A stretch of 64,000 nt of DNA. Origin: Eukaryota sp. GEM-RC1 (Eukaryota). The stretch is from NCBI GenBank assembly GCA_040285855.1, contig JAUFOQ010000017.1, positions 310,001 to 374,000 on the forward strand, written 5' to 3'. The notes under the pieces are model-generated. The model was given only the letters and a program-made list of their open reading frames with translations. It made no database searches and was not told the DNA's origin. How positions within the stretch are numbered: position 1 is the first letter of the stretch; each line of letters starts with the position of its first letter. The translations under genes were made by a program, and so were the position numbers. This document shows positions 39,201-52,300 of this stretch, one piece after another.

Positions 39201-42200
39201 TTACATTCAATAATCTCCAAACGAGAAGCATTTGTATCAAAAATCGAATTAGCGGTGATTTCACTGAACAATGATCTTGAAAAATGCAGCAATGAGTCTG
39301 TAGAAACAAACAAAGTATTTGCAGTTAAATTGTAAAAGTTGGAAGAGATCATTCTGAGGGTCGATGATATTGAAACAAACAGGTTTGATGTTCTGCCATC
39401 AAACTGAGTTTTAACAACTTCAATTTCGGAATTTGTGAAAATAACAGAAAATGAAGTAAATGAAGAGGACATAACAGTTAGCTTGGAACTAAACACATAT
39501 CCATCAAATAAGCTGTACGACGATTGAAAAGTAGAATTGCTGATAGAAACGTTGGAGTTTGAAAAGAGGAAAGATATCGAGGAGAACGTGCTGACAATAA
39601 TATTAGAAAAAATTACGGTCGAGTCAACAATTTCAAATAAGGTCTCCTCAATTCCTTCAATCATCACGTCACCGAAACCAATCACTTTCCAATCAACGTC
39701 ACGAACTTTTCCCAATCCTTGATTGAAAGAGTAACTTCCTTCGTGAAAATAAACTTTCCCTTTTCTTCCCATTCTTTCTATAACTCCTTTAAAAGAAGCA
39801 CAAGGGCTGTTTAAAGTACCACAACAAGGATCATCAATACCAGAAGTAGAAATGTAAGAGACTTGGTTTAAGTCGAATACATAATCATTTACTGAGACTA
39901 TTAGAGAAGTCTTCGAATAATAAGTGGTGGTAAGCGAAGCACAAGGACTAATTATACGACTAAATTTGCCATTAATTTGACCAGACACTATAAGAGTATA
40001 ATAATGACCAGTAGTATCAGAATTTGTGTCAAATTCTAATTCTAATATTCCATCTAAATAAGCAGTTGAATCAACAATTAATTGAGTAGAAATATTATTA
40101 TTAATTTGAAGGGAGATGATAGATGAAGGAAGAAGAGAAACAGTACGGTTGAAAATGAAAGCAGATGAAGGGTGAATTTTTCCAAAATTTAAAATATCAG
40201 TATCAATAGTGCCAACTCCTGTCATAGTTTGATAATCAGAGAGAACAAATAATCGATCAAAAAGAAAAGTTGACTCAAAAAGAACTAATGTATCATTAAA
40301 AATGAAAGAAACTCTGGAGAACCCAACAGAATTTTTCATCAAAACATCAGAATGACAAGTAATAGTAGTATTAGAGTCAGTCTGGAACTCTGAAACTGAC
40401 ACGTCATCAAGAATCACGTGACTGAACAAGTCAATGGAATGGGACAATCGGACTTCACCAGTAAACAATGATTTTGCAGACCGCTGTACAATTAATGACG
40501 ATGAAAGATTTCCAGAAGCAATCGCGAAATCCAAGACAATTGACAATGATGAATTTCCTAGTATTTGGCAGTGAAAACATGTGAAGTAGTTAACAAAAAC
40601 CGTTCTATCAGGAGAGGATTTGAAAGTTGAAAAAGACAAATCTAAAGAATGAAAATTGGAAAAGTCGATCTGAGACCAACTGTTGATTGAAATCAATTTG
40701 AGTTCTGGTTTAGAGATATCAACTGAGTCATCAGAGTAGAGCTCACTTGAATGAAGTGTAATAGTGATGGATTCAGACAGAATTTTAGTGTTTTTACTGA
40801 AAATCATCACCGAATTTCTATAGAGCTCAAGGTCTGTCAAATTCCTAAAGACTACACCTTTTGATTGAAGGTATGAGGAAGTTAAAGAGAGTGATCCAAT
40901 GTAAACTGAAGCTGCTTCAAACTCTGCTATCGAATCCAAAAAGACAGTTTTCCATTCCCAAATATCCCCTGTGGGAGATCAAAAGACAGAAGTTTAACCT
41001 CATCTTCTGTAAGAGTTTTGTTGTAAAACTGGACAGCACGAATTTTACCTTGAAAATCATTACCTTCTGGGTGTATTTCAGATAGAGGGAAAAAAGGGGG
41101 AGGACCATCAAAACATTCGTAGGAAGAGGAAGCAGGAACAGGTTCACTCACCAAAGTTCTATTGATATAGACTCGGGATGATACTTGATCAAATGTATAT
41201 ACAACGTTAAACCACTCACGAAAAGGAAGAACATCATGAGTAATAGAAGAACCCCAGTGCAGACTATTGTCTGAGAAGTGAAGGGTGCAAGGAGGCTGAC
41301 CCCGCCCAAAACCTGCACCACCTCCTTCTTCCAAGTACATCCAGAGAGAAATGGAGGCATCTCTCCAACCATGAGCTTCAGGAATATTTGGAAGAAAGAG
41401 AGTGTCGCCTGATTTGATATCTAAATACCCACCAATACTGTCAGTTTTCCATTGTGGTCCATCAATTATGATTGAATTGGAATCGTGCTTTCCTGAGAAG
41501 TCAATTGGACTAGGTGAATAAACCCAGTTGTAGTAAAGAAACAGGTCCAGATTAGAAGAATCAAAAGTACTGTCAATAGTGAAATTAGAAGAAGCAACAG
41601 ATAGCTCTGCTTGTTCTAGAATTTGCAGAACATTACGAGTAATAAAACTGAATTCTGTTTGAAAACAGGAATGATGATTCAGGGTAAACATGGCATAGTT
41701 TAAAATATCAAAATTAGACCGAAACGAACAATATTCAGACAACACAAAAGTGTTGTAGAATGTTAGTTCCGCAGACGTAGAGTCAGAAGAAGACAATACA
41801 AGAGAGGACGACGGAGTACACTTAACAGCCACGGAATCAAAAGCGAATTGAGAATTATCTGAATGTAAGGTAAGTGAATTGTTAAAAAACAATTCTTCTG
41901 TAATTGTCAATGATTCTACTAGTATAACCTTATCGTCACCATATAGATTGATGACGTTTACTTTAGATTCACTTAGAGATAAGCAACCATCGAACCAATG
42001 AAAAACTATAGCTTCTAGGTAACCTTTGCAGCTAAATTCGCTACCAGAATTTAGAATTAAAGAATTAATTGAAATGGACTCAGTATTAGTAAAGATACTA
42101 TCTGTTAAGGAAAGAACATCGAAATGAAGTTCCAAAGAAGTTGAAGTAAATGAGGAAGAATCTAACTCAAAATTGGGAAGGAAGAAGTCAGAAGAAAGGA

Positions 42201-45176
42201 AACGGCCATGGATTTCCAATAATAGAATCGTTCTTAGCAATAGTACAATTAACAGAAAAGAAAGCTGCTGGAGTAAGAGTAAACGATGAATTTAAACTAG
42301 AGAAGGATTTGAAGTTCAAATTGGAAAATGAATTAGCATGAAAGCACGAGTTGTTAATCAATACACTTCCATTTCCAAATATTTTAGATGAATATCCTAA
42401 TTGAGCATTAGACAATTCTCTAATTTCAATTTCAGAAAGTTTCTGTGAAAGAACAGTAACTCTTCTAATTCTACCCGTAAAAACATGATCAGAAGATGGT
42501 ACCCAGTCAATACCACTCTTGTAATAGACAGATCACAGAGGGAAGAAATCAGCAAACTCATCACAGTCATAGTTGCCGTTGACAGAAGCCATCAGAGCTC
42601 CATTAATATACATTTGAGCTCCACTATGATCTGTAGTAACAATCAGGGAGATCCACTGATTTCTTGGAATTAACAGATCTTCAATGGTTTTATCACCAAA
42701 AGATAACTGATCTCCAATCACTAATACACAACCAGAAGGATTAGTACTAAATCCAAATCTATTCGTAGAGTCAGAATCAAACCAGATTGAAAAGGCAAGT
42801 GTTAATGGCTCTTGGCCAAATTTGTTTCCAATCTTTGGAATTTTTAAAACATCCGTAGAACTTTCAAATTGATAATAACCATTAGTATTCCAATCAGCAC
42901 CAGAAAGATTCAAGATACTATTGTTGTTTCCAGAGAAGTCATGTTCTGTAGGATTTGTTGACCAATCATAATACATAATCAATGAAAAGTCAACTCCAAG
43001 AGTAGAAGTGGAAGACAGTATTTGAAGTTGCGAGTTGCAGTCTATTTCGATATTAGATTTCAGATGAGAATCTACATGAAGAGATAATGAGGTATTCAAC
43101 AATTTGAAGTTTCCATCAAATATTAAAGTAATTGGCAGTGTGGAATAGAAGGATAACTGTGGAATTTCAATTATTCCATCGATAGAAAGACATAAATCAT
43201 AATTCAGATTCAATTCAACACTTAATTCAGAAGTCATCATCTTACCAATAGAAATTTTACTTAAAGTCAATTCAGGGTTAGAAGAACAAAACACCAACGT
43301 GTTTACTTTCAACTCTCCAACACCTTCAATTGTTCCACAATACCAGTACAAAGTGTCGACAAAACAATCAGAATCTAAAGTAAGAGTGGAACATTCAGAT
43401 GCTCCCAAAACAAGATAATTTAAATAAGGTTCACCAGAGGAGTCGACAATCAAAAGACCATCTAAATTGAATTTTGATAGGAAAAGAGAGAATCGCTTAA
43501 TAGACTCAGCGTCCCAGAGAGATAAACCGGAAGATAAATAAGATTGAACTGCTGAATTCCACTACAATTGACTGATCCTGTGATTTGATTGGTGTCTTGC
43601 AAAGTGATTATACCATCCTTGGATGATGACCTGATTGCATCAAAAGGAGCCGAACTAAAGGCAATATTGGATCTAGCATAAATAGTGACCCCAGTAACTC
43701 CCTCACCAGTCAAACCAGTAATAATACCAGGAATGTTGGCTGGGAAACTTGGAGAAACAACTCTACCTAGAGAACCATCCAAATTTTGACCCCAAGACCA
43801 CACGTCATTGCTGACGTCAACAGCAACACAATGAGACCACCCTGCAGCAACAGTAATCACTTTCCCAATCACTTTTAATTGAACTGGCATAATAGAATCA
43901 GAGCTATCTTCTATACCTATTTGACCATGTTCGTTCGAGCCCTAACTATACAGTTTAGAATTAACATCAATTCCAACAGCATGTTCATTAATTGTGTCAA
44001 TAAAGACGAACTCAATATCTTTGGCAAATTTAGTTGGATTTGAATAATTTCCTAAACTACCTAATTTTAAACCACAAGTAAGAGTCGAACCATTTTCATT
44101 AATGAAAAGGAAGCAAGACCAGCAGCAATAAATTTAATATTGTCCAACGAGTCAATTAACATTGGTGAATGAATGTTAGTAATACTTTGACCACAGAACA
44201 TATTATTACCACCCCATCCCCACCCAAATACTTTACCATCTCTAGTTAAAGCAAAGATCGTATGCCGACGGCCAGCAATTTGTTTAATATTGTTGAACTT
44301 GGCAATTTTAGTCGGTACATGCCTGTTCAAGAAATCCCCTAAGCCTAGTTGGCCGTGGGCGTTGAGTCCCCAGGAGAAAACAGAACCGTTGATATTCAAA
44401 GCGAAACTTGAATCTCGGGATACACTTACCTGAATAATCTTTGAAATTTGAATTTTTTCATGACTATGACGATCACCGCCGGCATACCCCAGTTGACCAT
44501 TTTCATTGCTTCCAGAAGTGTAAACGTCACCATTTGTTACCAGAATTAGGGAATGATGTCTTCCGATAGAAGCTTGTCTTATAAAGATATCAAGTTTTAA
44601 TGAATCGGGCAAACCAAAGATTGTTCCTTCAGTACCTCTTCCAAGCAAGCCATTGTCATTCACACCCCAAACATTAATACCATCAAAGCTTCTTAGGGTA
44701 TCGTTAAAGGAAGTAGAAGTACAGTTAATCAAAAGGAGCTCACTGGTGTCATCAAGGTCAATCACTCCACGTTTCCAGTCAAAAACCCTAGATATGATGA
44801 GTTTGTGAGATACAAGGGTTACAATAGCAGCATTCATGACAAGAGAATCTGCTGAAGTGAAAGAAAGATGAGACGAAATGTCAGTGTTCAAAGTACCTCC
44901 ATTTATGACAAAGCTGTCAGACACTGTTAAAGTTGAGTTGTTTTGGTAGAACAGAACGACATTGGAGGAGATCGTTAGAGAAGATATAGAAAAGCTGGAG
45001 TTAACTGTTACTGTGATCGAAGTCATCTGAGGAGGAAGAACAACAGAAGAAGAAGCGTTGGGAGTATGTCCAGGTTCCCAACTGTTTTTATCAGACCAAA
45101 GGCCATCAACTGTAGCAATCCATTGATGTAGAGAACCCAGAGCAAAACAACACAGCAGAAGTACTTCAACAATCAT
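33294..45176 (-). pseudogene. Giant multidomain surface receptor, copy A (~3,960 codons), probably disabled
   Basis: Signal peptide, RCC1 repeats, two LamG-like domains, beta-helix-like region, IPT-like domains, Cys-rich CxxCP repeats and a multi-TM end. Besides ~10 indels it has in-frame TAG (43942) and TGA (42533) where copy B has TGG and GGA. Confidence 0.65.
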
Positions 45177-46315
45177 CACGATGACAAGACAAAATCCAGA
45201 AGAAAACTCGTGTTTGTAAAAGACCAACCTGACCTCTCCCTAGCTCAGAATCTACTTCATGCACTGTCACAGTCAATGCTAATCAGTCGATGCCTTCAAA
45301 TCAAGGTCTACTAATCTCGACCATTTGTCAACAGCAAAAGCACATGACGAAATGGAGGTTATATATCATATGTTTTACAACGGCGTAAATGATGAGGAAA
45401 TAAGCTCAATTGAGCTTTACAAAACCAATAATACCGTCCACAAAAAGAAAATAATGACCAATATTCACACTAGAGATACGTTCATAGATATTGTACACAG
45501 TTGTACAATTTCATTACAGATAGTTGCCTTGTCCGTGGAATTGGCAATCTTTCATTTTCACAGCTTTCTTTGGTGTTTTTGTACGAACCAGACAACAGAT
45601 AAACACCAGTTGCCATTCAGCGATGAGTGCAATATATTCACTCTATTTGACAAATACATTTTAATAGATCCTCAGTGTTTCACAGTTTGGTAGTCAGTTC
45701 TCCCACTCACTTTGTTTGCTTTTCGATTATTACGAAGTTGTATAAGAACTGTGGTAATGATAACAAGGAATTTTCTGTGCCCAGTGGTTCATGTCCTTTT
45801 TATATGTATTTTAGTCCCCTTCATCTATACAAAGATTTTTCATCACTATCAAATCTTACCACAGCCTTATCTTCTTAAAAGAAACTAACTACAGGTAAAG
45901 TTGTGGAGATGACTAGGAAAATTGTTCTAATACTGGTGAACGAGTAACCTAGCATACGATCCGTCCGGTTGTTCAATCTCTTTTCCTTTTCAATGATTTT
46001 TCCAAAATCATTTAAGAAAACTTTTCTTTAAACACACAATGTTATTTTTCCACTTTAAAGAAGTTTTCCAACGCATTTGAATCGTGCAATGAACAACTTA
46101 GATCGAAATTAAAGAGAAGATGTAGCGCTTTTGATATCCTTCTAGCATCAGTAATACGGATTTCGTTAATTTGTGTTTATTGCTCATTAATAAAAATGAA
46201 TAGAATGTATCCTAATTTATGACATAATCTGATTACAGATCGTACAAAAGTGTCAGTACAATAAATGAATCGATATCGAATGGAGTTCCTTATGGAACAT
46301 AACTGAACAAAGACA

Positions 46316-49300
46316 TTAAATAAACAAAACCAAGCAATAAACAGAAAATAAACAAGTTATTCCCAGAGCAATACGTTCAAAAGAAGTAGAAATACAGAAC
46401 AGGCAAACTAAAACTATAGTTTGAACAGCAAAGTAAACAAGACCAGGTAACAACGCTGAAAATAAAATAATGGAATAAGATATAAGAGAAAACACATAAG
46501 GTTGCCATCGCTGAATAAAAATAGTAAACACGATAAATAAAAGGTGAATAAACACAAAACTAAATGTTAAAAAGGACTGTTTTCCAGAAGAAAGATAGGT
46601 GAGAACAACACCAAAAATATAATTCAGAGAAATTAACGAAGCACCTGTAACGAAGGCGCTATGGAAAATATTAAAGGTTTTGAATATAAAAACATTCGTG
46701 AACAACGATTTGGAGGCAAAGGACAAGGAGAACAGACATAAAGTGAATAAAATCATTGACTTGTCAAAATAAAACAAAGATGAAATATACTCAAAAAGAC
46801 GACACTTACCGAGATCCTTTTGTAAACAAAGACTGGCAAACAAAAAGAAAAAATGTTCAAAATATTTGAATATTTAGAATGATGCTTCAAGATTTGGGAA
46901 GAACGCAAGAGAGATAATGAAGAAGTGGACAATTGTATAGCCTGGCAAATTGCATTAGTATTAATACACATCATTGAGAATCTATCAGTAAACAAAAGCA
47001 TTAGTACAAACAGTGCCAAGAATAGAATTTTGACTAACAAGTGTTCCTTTCCAATACAGTAAGTTCTATCAGAAACAGCATCTTCATTACAATATTGACA
47101 CAAATCTCCATAAGCATGACGTGATCTGCAAGAATTGTCATGACAATTAAACCAGAAAACACATTCATCTAGTTCCCAAGTAACAGTATTTAATTTAAAA
47201 CCAGATTCAATTCCAGTCAAATTTCCATATCCACATTCAGCTAAATGAGGACAAGGTAAACAAGAATCTACAGAATCTAGAGTGTTTAAAGGACAAACAC
47301 AATGGTGAAGATCACTAGAACCTTTTTGAAGAGTAATTCTAGGAAAAGTACAAGATCTGCATTCTGAATTGAATTCTAAATTTGAAAAATAATTTAGAGA
47401 ACATTCGACACATTCACCAAGAAAATTAAATTCCATTCCTTTTGGACACAAACATCCATGTCCAGAATTTAATTTCGGCATTCGACAGTCATTTGTGATT
47501 AGTGTAATCGTCTCTGATTGAGAGAAATAGGAAATAGTTAAAGTCACAAATTGAAGTGGCATTCCAATAATCTCCAAAGCGGTTTGATTAAGAACATTCA
47601 GAACAGATGTCGAGGAATCAACAAGAATATTTAGATCTGAATTCATGAGGATCTTCGAATGATTGGAAAAAGGTTCTTGAGATATCAAAACAGATGAAAA
47701 GTTTAATAAAGTACAAGTGCTGTCTAAAGTATAATGATGGTCACAAATATTTGTACTAAGATCAATGATTTTAAATATTTCCTTAAAATTTTGAATTATA
47801 GTTACATTCCATGAAAATCGCATTTGTTCATGAACAATAGTAAAAGAATGATGTCCAAGATTGATCACGTTAGGAAACGGAAAGAACAAAATCAATGAAC
47901 TACTCAAGAATTTAAAATCTGAGAATTCAAATGTTGACGACTCTACAATAAACTGATCGCCACAATCTACAATAAAATTCAAGACATCGACACAAATAAC
48001 CGGAATACAAATATTAAAATGCTCGGGATTTACTTCGAAAATGTCAACTTCAACAATTACAACTGACGGCGACGAAGCAGTCAAAACAGTTGGATAACTT
48101 ACTGTTGAATAAAAACAATGTGAAGAATACAACTCAGTTGAAAAGGATAACAAAGGTGATGGCCAAAAAGTTGAGTGTTGAATCACAAATTCTTTGAATT
48201 CTGAAATTGAATAAAGAACTGAGTCGTATCTTAACTGAACATCTTCGTCAATTACTTCACCTAATGAAGTAACGCCTTTTCCAAAAGAGAAAGGTGTAAA
48301 ACAAGAATTAGATTTGTAACCGTAAAACTCGACTTCTAGTAAATAAACATCTTCCAGGGCTACTAGAGTAAACTCAGAAGTTTTTGGTAAGATTAAATCT
48401 ATTTCACACATTGAAGCAAATGAATAACCACTGGGAATTTGTTTACAAGAAACGGAAGTGGAAAGAGTTTGATTGTTGACTGTCAGCTGAAATGGAAGGT
48501 CAGAGTCAATTTCAGTGCAACTGGAATTCGTGGTAATTATAATGTGATACAGATCAAAAGCTGAGGGAAACAAGAACAAAAGTGTCATATTGTTTGAAAT
48601 AAATTCTGAACAATGAGACACGTCAACATTACAGCATCTTGAACCATCAAAAATTAAAAATGATTTCAAGCTGGACATAATCTCTGAGGAATTTATCAAA
48701 GAATGTTGGACAAAATTCATGAAGCAAATTTCCTCCAAAAAAGCCTCCACAGAGATTTCAAAGGAATTCAATAAAACTTGTTCATAGTAAACGTCTACAT
48801 TCACATATTGCCGAAAAGTTGGAATTTTTACATTGCTACAAACCAAGAAATTTTCAACAACTTGGCCAAAGTAGATTTGATCTTCAATATAACAAGTCAA
48901 ATTTGAGGTAAGATTTCCTTGGAAGTCAACAGAAATATCACGATGTTCAAAAACACTAACGTGATCGTTACTACTGAATTCAAAATTGAAAAACTTAATT
49001 TCAGTGACCAACTGTCTTTGGAAGCCAATTTGCGACCAATACAGATTTTGAATATATTCCCCTTCAAAAACTGGCAAAGAGGAAAGATTAAGTTCAAATT
49101 TGTAAACAAAGAAGGAATCAGAACTGGAGAGGAGTTCAACAATAGTAGGTTCAATAACAGAATTATAAATGAAGAAGGTGGCATTCAAGTCAAAATTGGA
49201 GTAACTATGAAAGATAAACAAAGAATTATCCGATGTAACAATAATATTTGAATCATCAACCTCAAATAATGGAATTGATTCGACTAGAATTGGGAAGGAG

Positions 49301-52300
49301 AAACGAAAGTTGGAGTCGAAATAGATATCATAGAATTCAAGATTAATTACTCCAGGTTCAAACTGAGTAAATGTAATTAGTAAGGTAGAAGTCGGAAGAT
49401 AATCTAAAACTAACTCACAACTACCGGAACAACTGACATCTAAGTCAGATTGGAATTGATTTAGATCAATCAAAAATGATTGAGTATTGTTGACTTGAAT
49501 TACATTAGGTATTTCAGAGTCAAACATTGAAGTAACGAAGCTGACGTTCATTGACTGAGAGAATCTGTGTAGAGTAATAAAAGAAGCAGAATCTTTCAAA
49601 TTTAAAATATTTACCCCATTTGTCACTGAAATTGTTTGACTTCCATGTGTAATGAACAGAAGCGAGATATCTTCACGTAGAATGAATTCAACTTGAGAGT
49701 TAAAGTTAACTTCAGGGGGGAAATGTCAGGTAATTCAGAACTTCAACGAACAAGTTAAGGGGAAAACTATTGGAAAAAGACAATCCCATTAAAGAAAAGT
49801 TTCCATCACTGGAAAACTCTACATCCAAGAATAAAGACGAATAACTAAATAGAGACAAACGGGTGTGACAGTTTTCAAAATAAAAACTGTTCTGAATTAC
49901 CGAGAAATTGTAGAAGGAAATTCCTTCAACTTCAACTAGAATCTCGGTAGTAATTGACTCATTAAACCATTGGACATGCTTTGGAAAAACATAGGAAGCC
50001 TCAACGATGAAAGGTACATTAAAGATAGGAAAACATCCAAAATGAGCACATATTTGTAGATTATGTGGAACGCCAGAAACATATGATACAAATGTAACAA
50101 AAGCAGATGATTCAGTTGAACCAAAATAAACAAAGTAAATACTATCAGGCACATTAGGTTCAATGAAAGTCTCAAGAAACGAAAAGGATTCCAAATAACT
50201 ATAAACTTCAATTTCACAAGCAATACCGACAAAGCAAACAAAAGGAGTATTTCTCGCAACAAATGAAGTCACTGGAATAGAAATTAAAAATTGAAATCAA
50301 CAAAATATTCAACAACAATTACAAACTCTGTTATTCCAAACAGCTCGCCAGTAGTAACTTCCATTGTATCAGTAGTGGAAATTTCAAAAGTAGCACTGCT
50401 AACAGAAAATTCAATTGATGCTGTGTCAAAACAATTGAATAGTTTTGAAAAATTTGTACCATTAATTCGAATAGTTTCACCAGAAGGAGAAAGTGGAACA
50501 GGATGATACTTGACGCTTGGTGGTCCAAAATTGAGTTCGTACACATTGCTAGACTGATTTGCAATAATTAAAAAAGTCTGAAAAATTGTGGTAGAAATAT
50601 TACAAATATAGGGGATTTGAAGAATTATTTCATCATGTGTGTAGCTAGAAACAATAACTTGAGGAAAAATTAAAACAATGGAGAATACATCAAAACTCGT
50701 GGAAAAATCAGATCCTTTTAAAATCAGTGTTCCTGTTAAAGGAAAAGGATTTGGAGAGGCAGATTTAATAAAAGGTTGTTTGAAACAATACTCGAACGAA
50801 CAAACATCGATGTCAGTTGATCTAGATAAAGTCATACAATGACAACCATAACCTTCAAAGAAGAATATATCCAATATTTCATGATTATTTGAAGCATACT
50901 CAAGACTTTGATTGATTGAAGCAGTCGACTCATGAATAACAATAGGATCTAACCCAAGATTAAAAAGCAAACAGTGGTACTAATCCACCTCTAGTTGGAG
51001 GTTCTAGACTAACAAACTCAATAGGACAAATGGGAATGAATAATCTGTGATCAAAGAACATTTGTTCAATAACAAAACAAACTAGAATAGAAGAAGAATA
51101 ATTATAAGATCTGGAATGTTCAAGAGAAAGATGTAGGGAATGTGAATGATAGAAGTACTGAAAACCTTGACTTTCTTTGACACTAAACGTCATAACATTC
51201 TCCAATACAAAAACATTATCTAATTGTAACGACATTTGACAGAATGACGTGTTACAGCAGTGCTGTGATGGAGAAATTGAAATATTTGTAGATAATTGAG
51301 AAAGGTCGACAAAAGACCACTAATTCTGGAATCTGCATCAATGACAAGAATTTTTGAAATAACTTGGGATTTTGAATAAAGTGTACAATTGGACTCGATT
51401 AAAGATAATGATGAGAGAAGTAGATAGTTACCACGATTATTTAAAAGTAGATGAGAATTTTGAAGATAATAGCTGTTTTTAAATATATTATCGGAAACAC
51501 ACCCAGATAGAATAGGTTCGTGAAAAGCCAACTCTGATGCGACCATGATGACGTCATGAAGTGACGAATTAAGGAAAGTAGAATGACACTCAGTTTTTGA
51601 CAAATTGAAGAAGGTCACGTTTGATTGAAGAAGATCCAGGAACCGGAGGAAATTGAAATTCTTAATAACAGTAGACTCAAACAGAACTATTGAGTCTGAT
51701 GATGTTAAGAATGTATTTGAAAAAACACCATCAACTACACAATCTACAACATCAACCGTAGAATTGGAGAGTGAAAACAAATTAGAAGTATAATTAGAAG
51801 ACAAAATTTGAATAGAAGAAGCTTGCAAAGTCGATAAGTCTAAGGTAATAAAAGAATAACAAACAGAATTCGACATTAAAAGAAGATCAAGCATAACACT
51901 GGAACTAAAGCCTATAAGTAAGTTGGACACAGTTGAATTCAAAACGGTAATGTTTGTAATTGAAACAGCGGAATTTGTAGATGAAATGAAAGTATCTAAA
52001 TTTGAATCAGACAAAAGAACAGACTGTAACATAATTTCTGTACAATTCACAAAAATAAAGACATCATTTTCAATTTCCGAAAACGTCAGTTGTTGGCCAT
52101 CAAACGACCCAGAATTGACAGTAAACCACTCTGTAAAATTTGAAAAATTAAAATGTACATGTTTTAAAACTATATCACAATCAACACTGTCGACGAAGTG
52201 ACTACCGAAACTTCCCCAGCTGTTACATTCAATAATCTCCAAACGAGAAGCATTTACAACAAAAATCGAATTAACGATGATTTCACTGAAAAATGATCTT

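Noticed and set aside
42533..43944. Stop-codon reassignment (TAG or TGA read as sense)
   Set aside because: Only two cases, both in one paralog and aligned to different amino acids (Trp, Gly). TAA, TAG and TGA all end conserved genes in this window.
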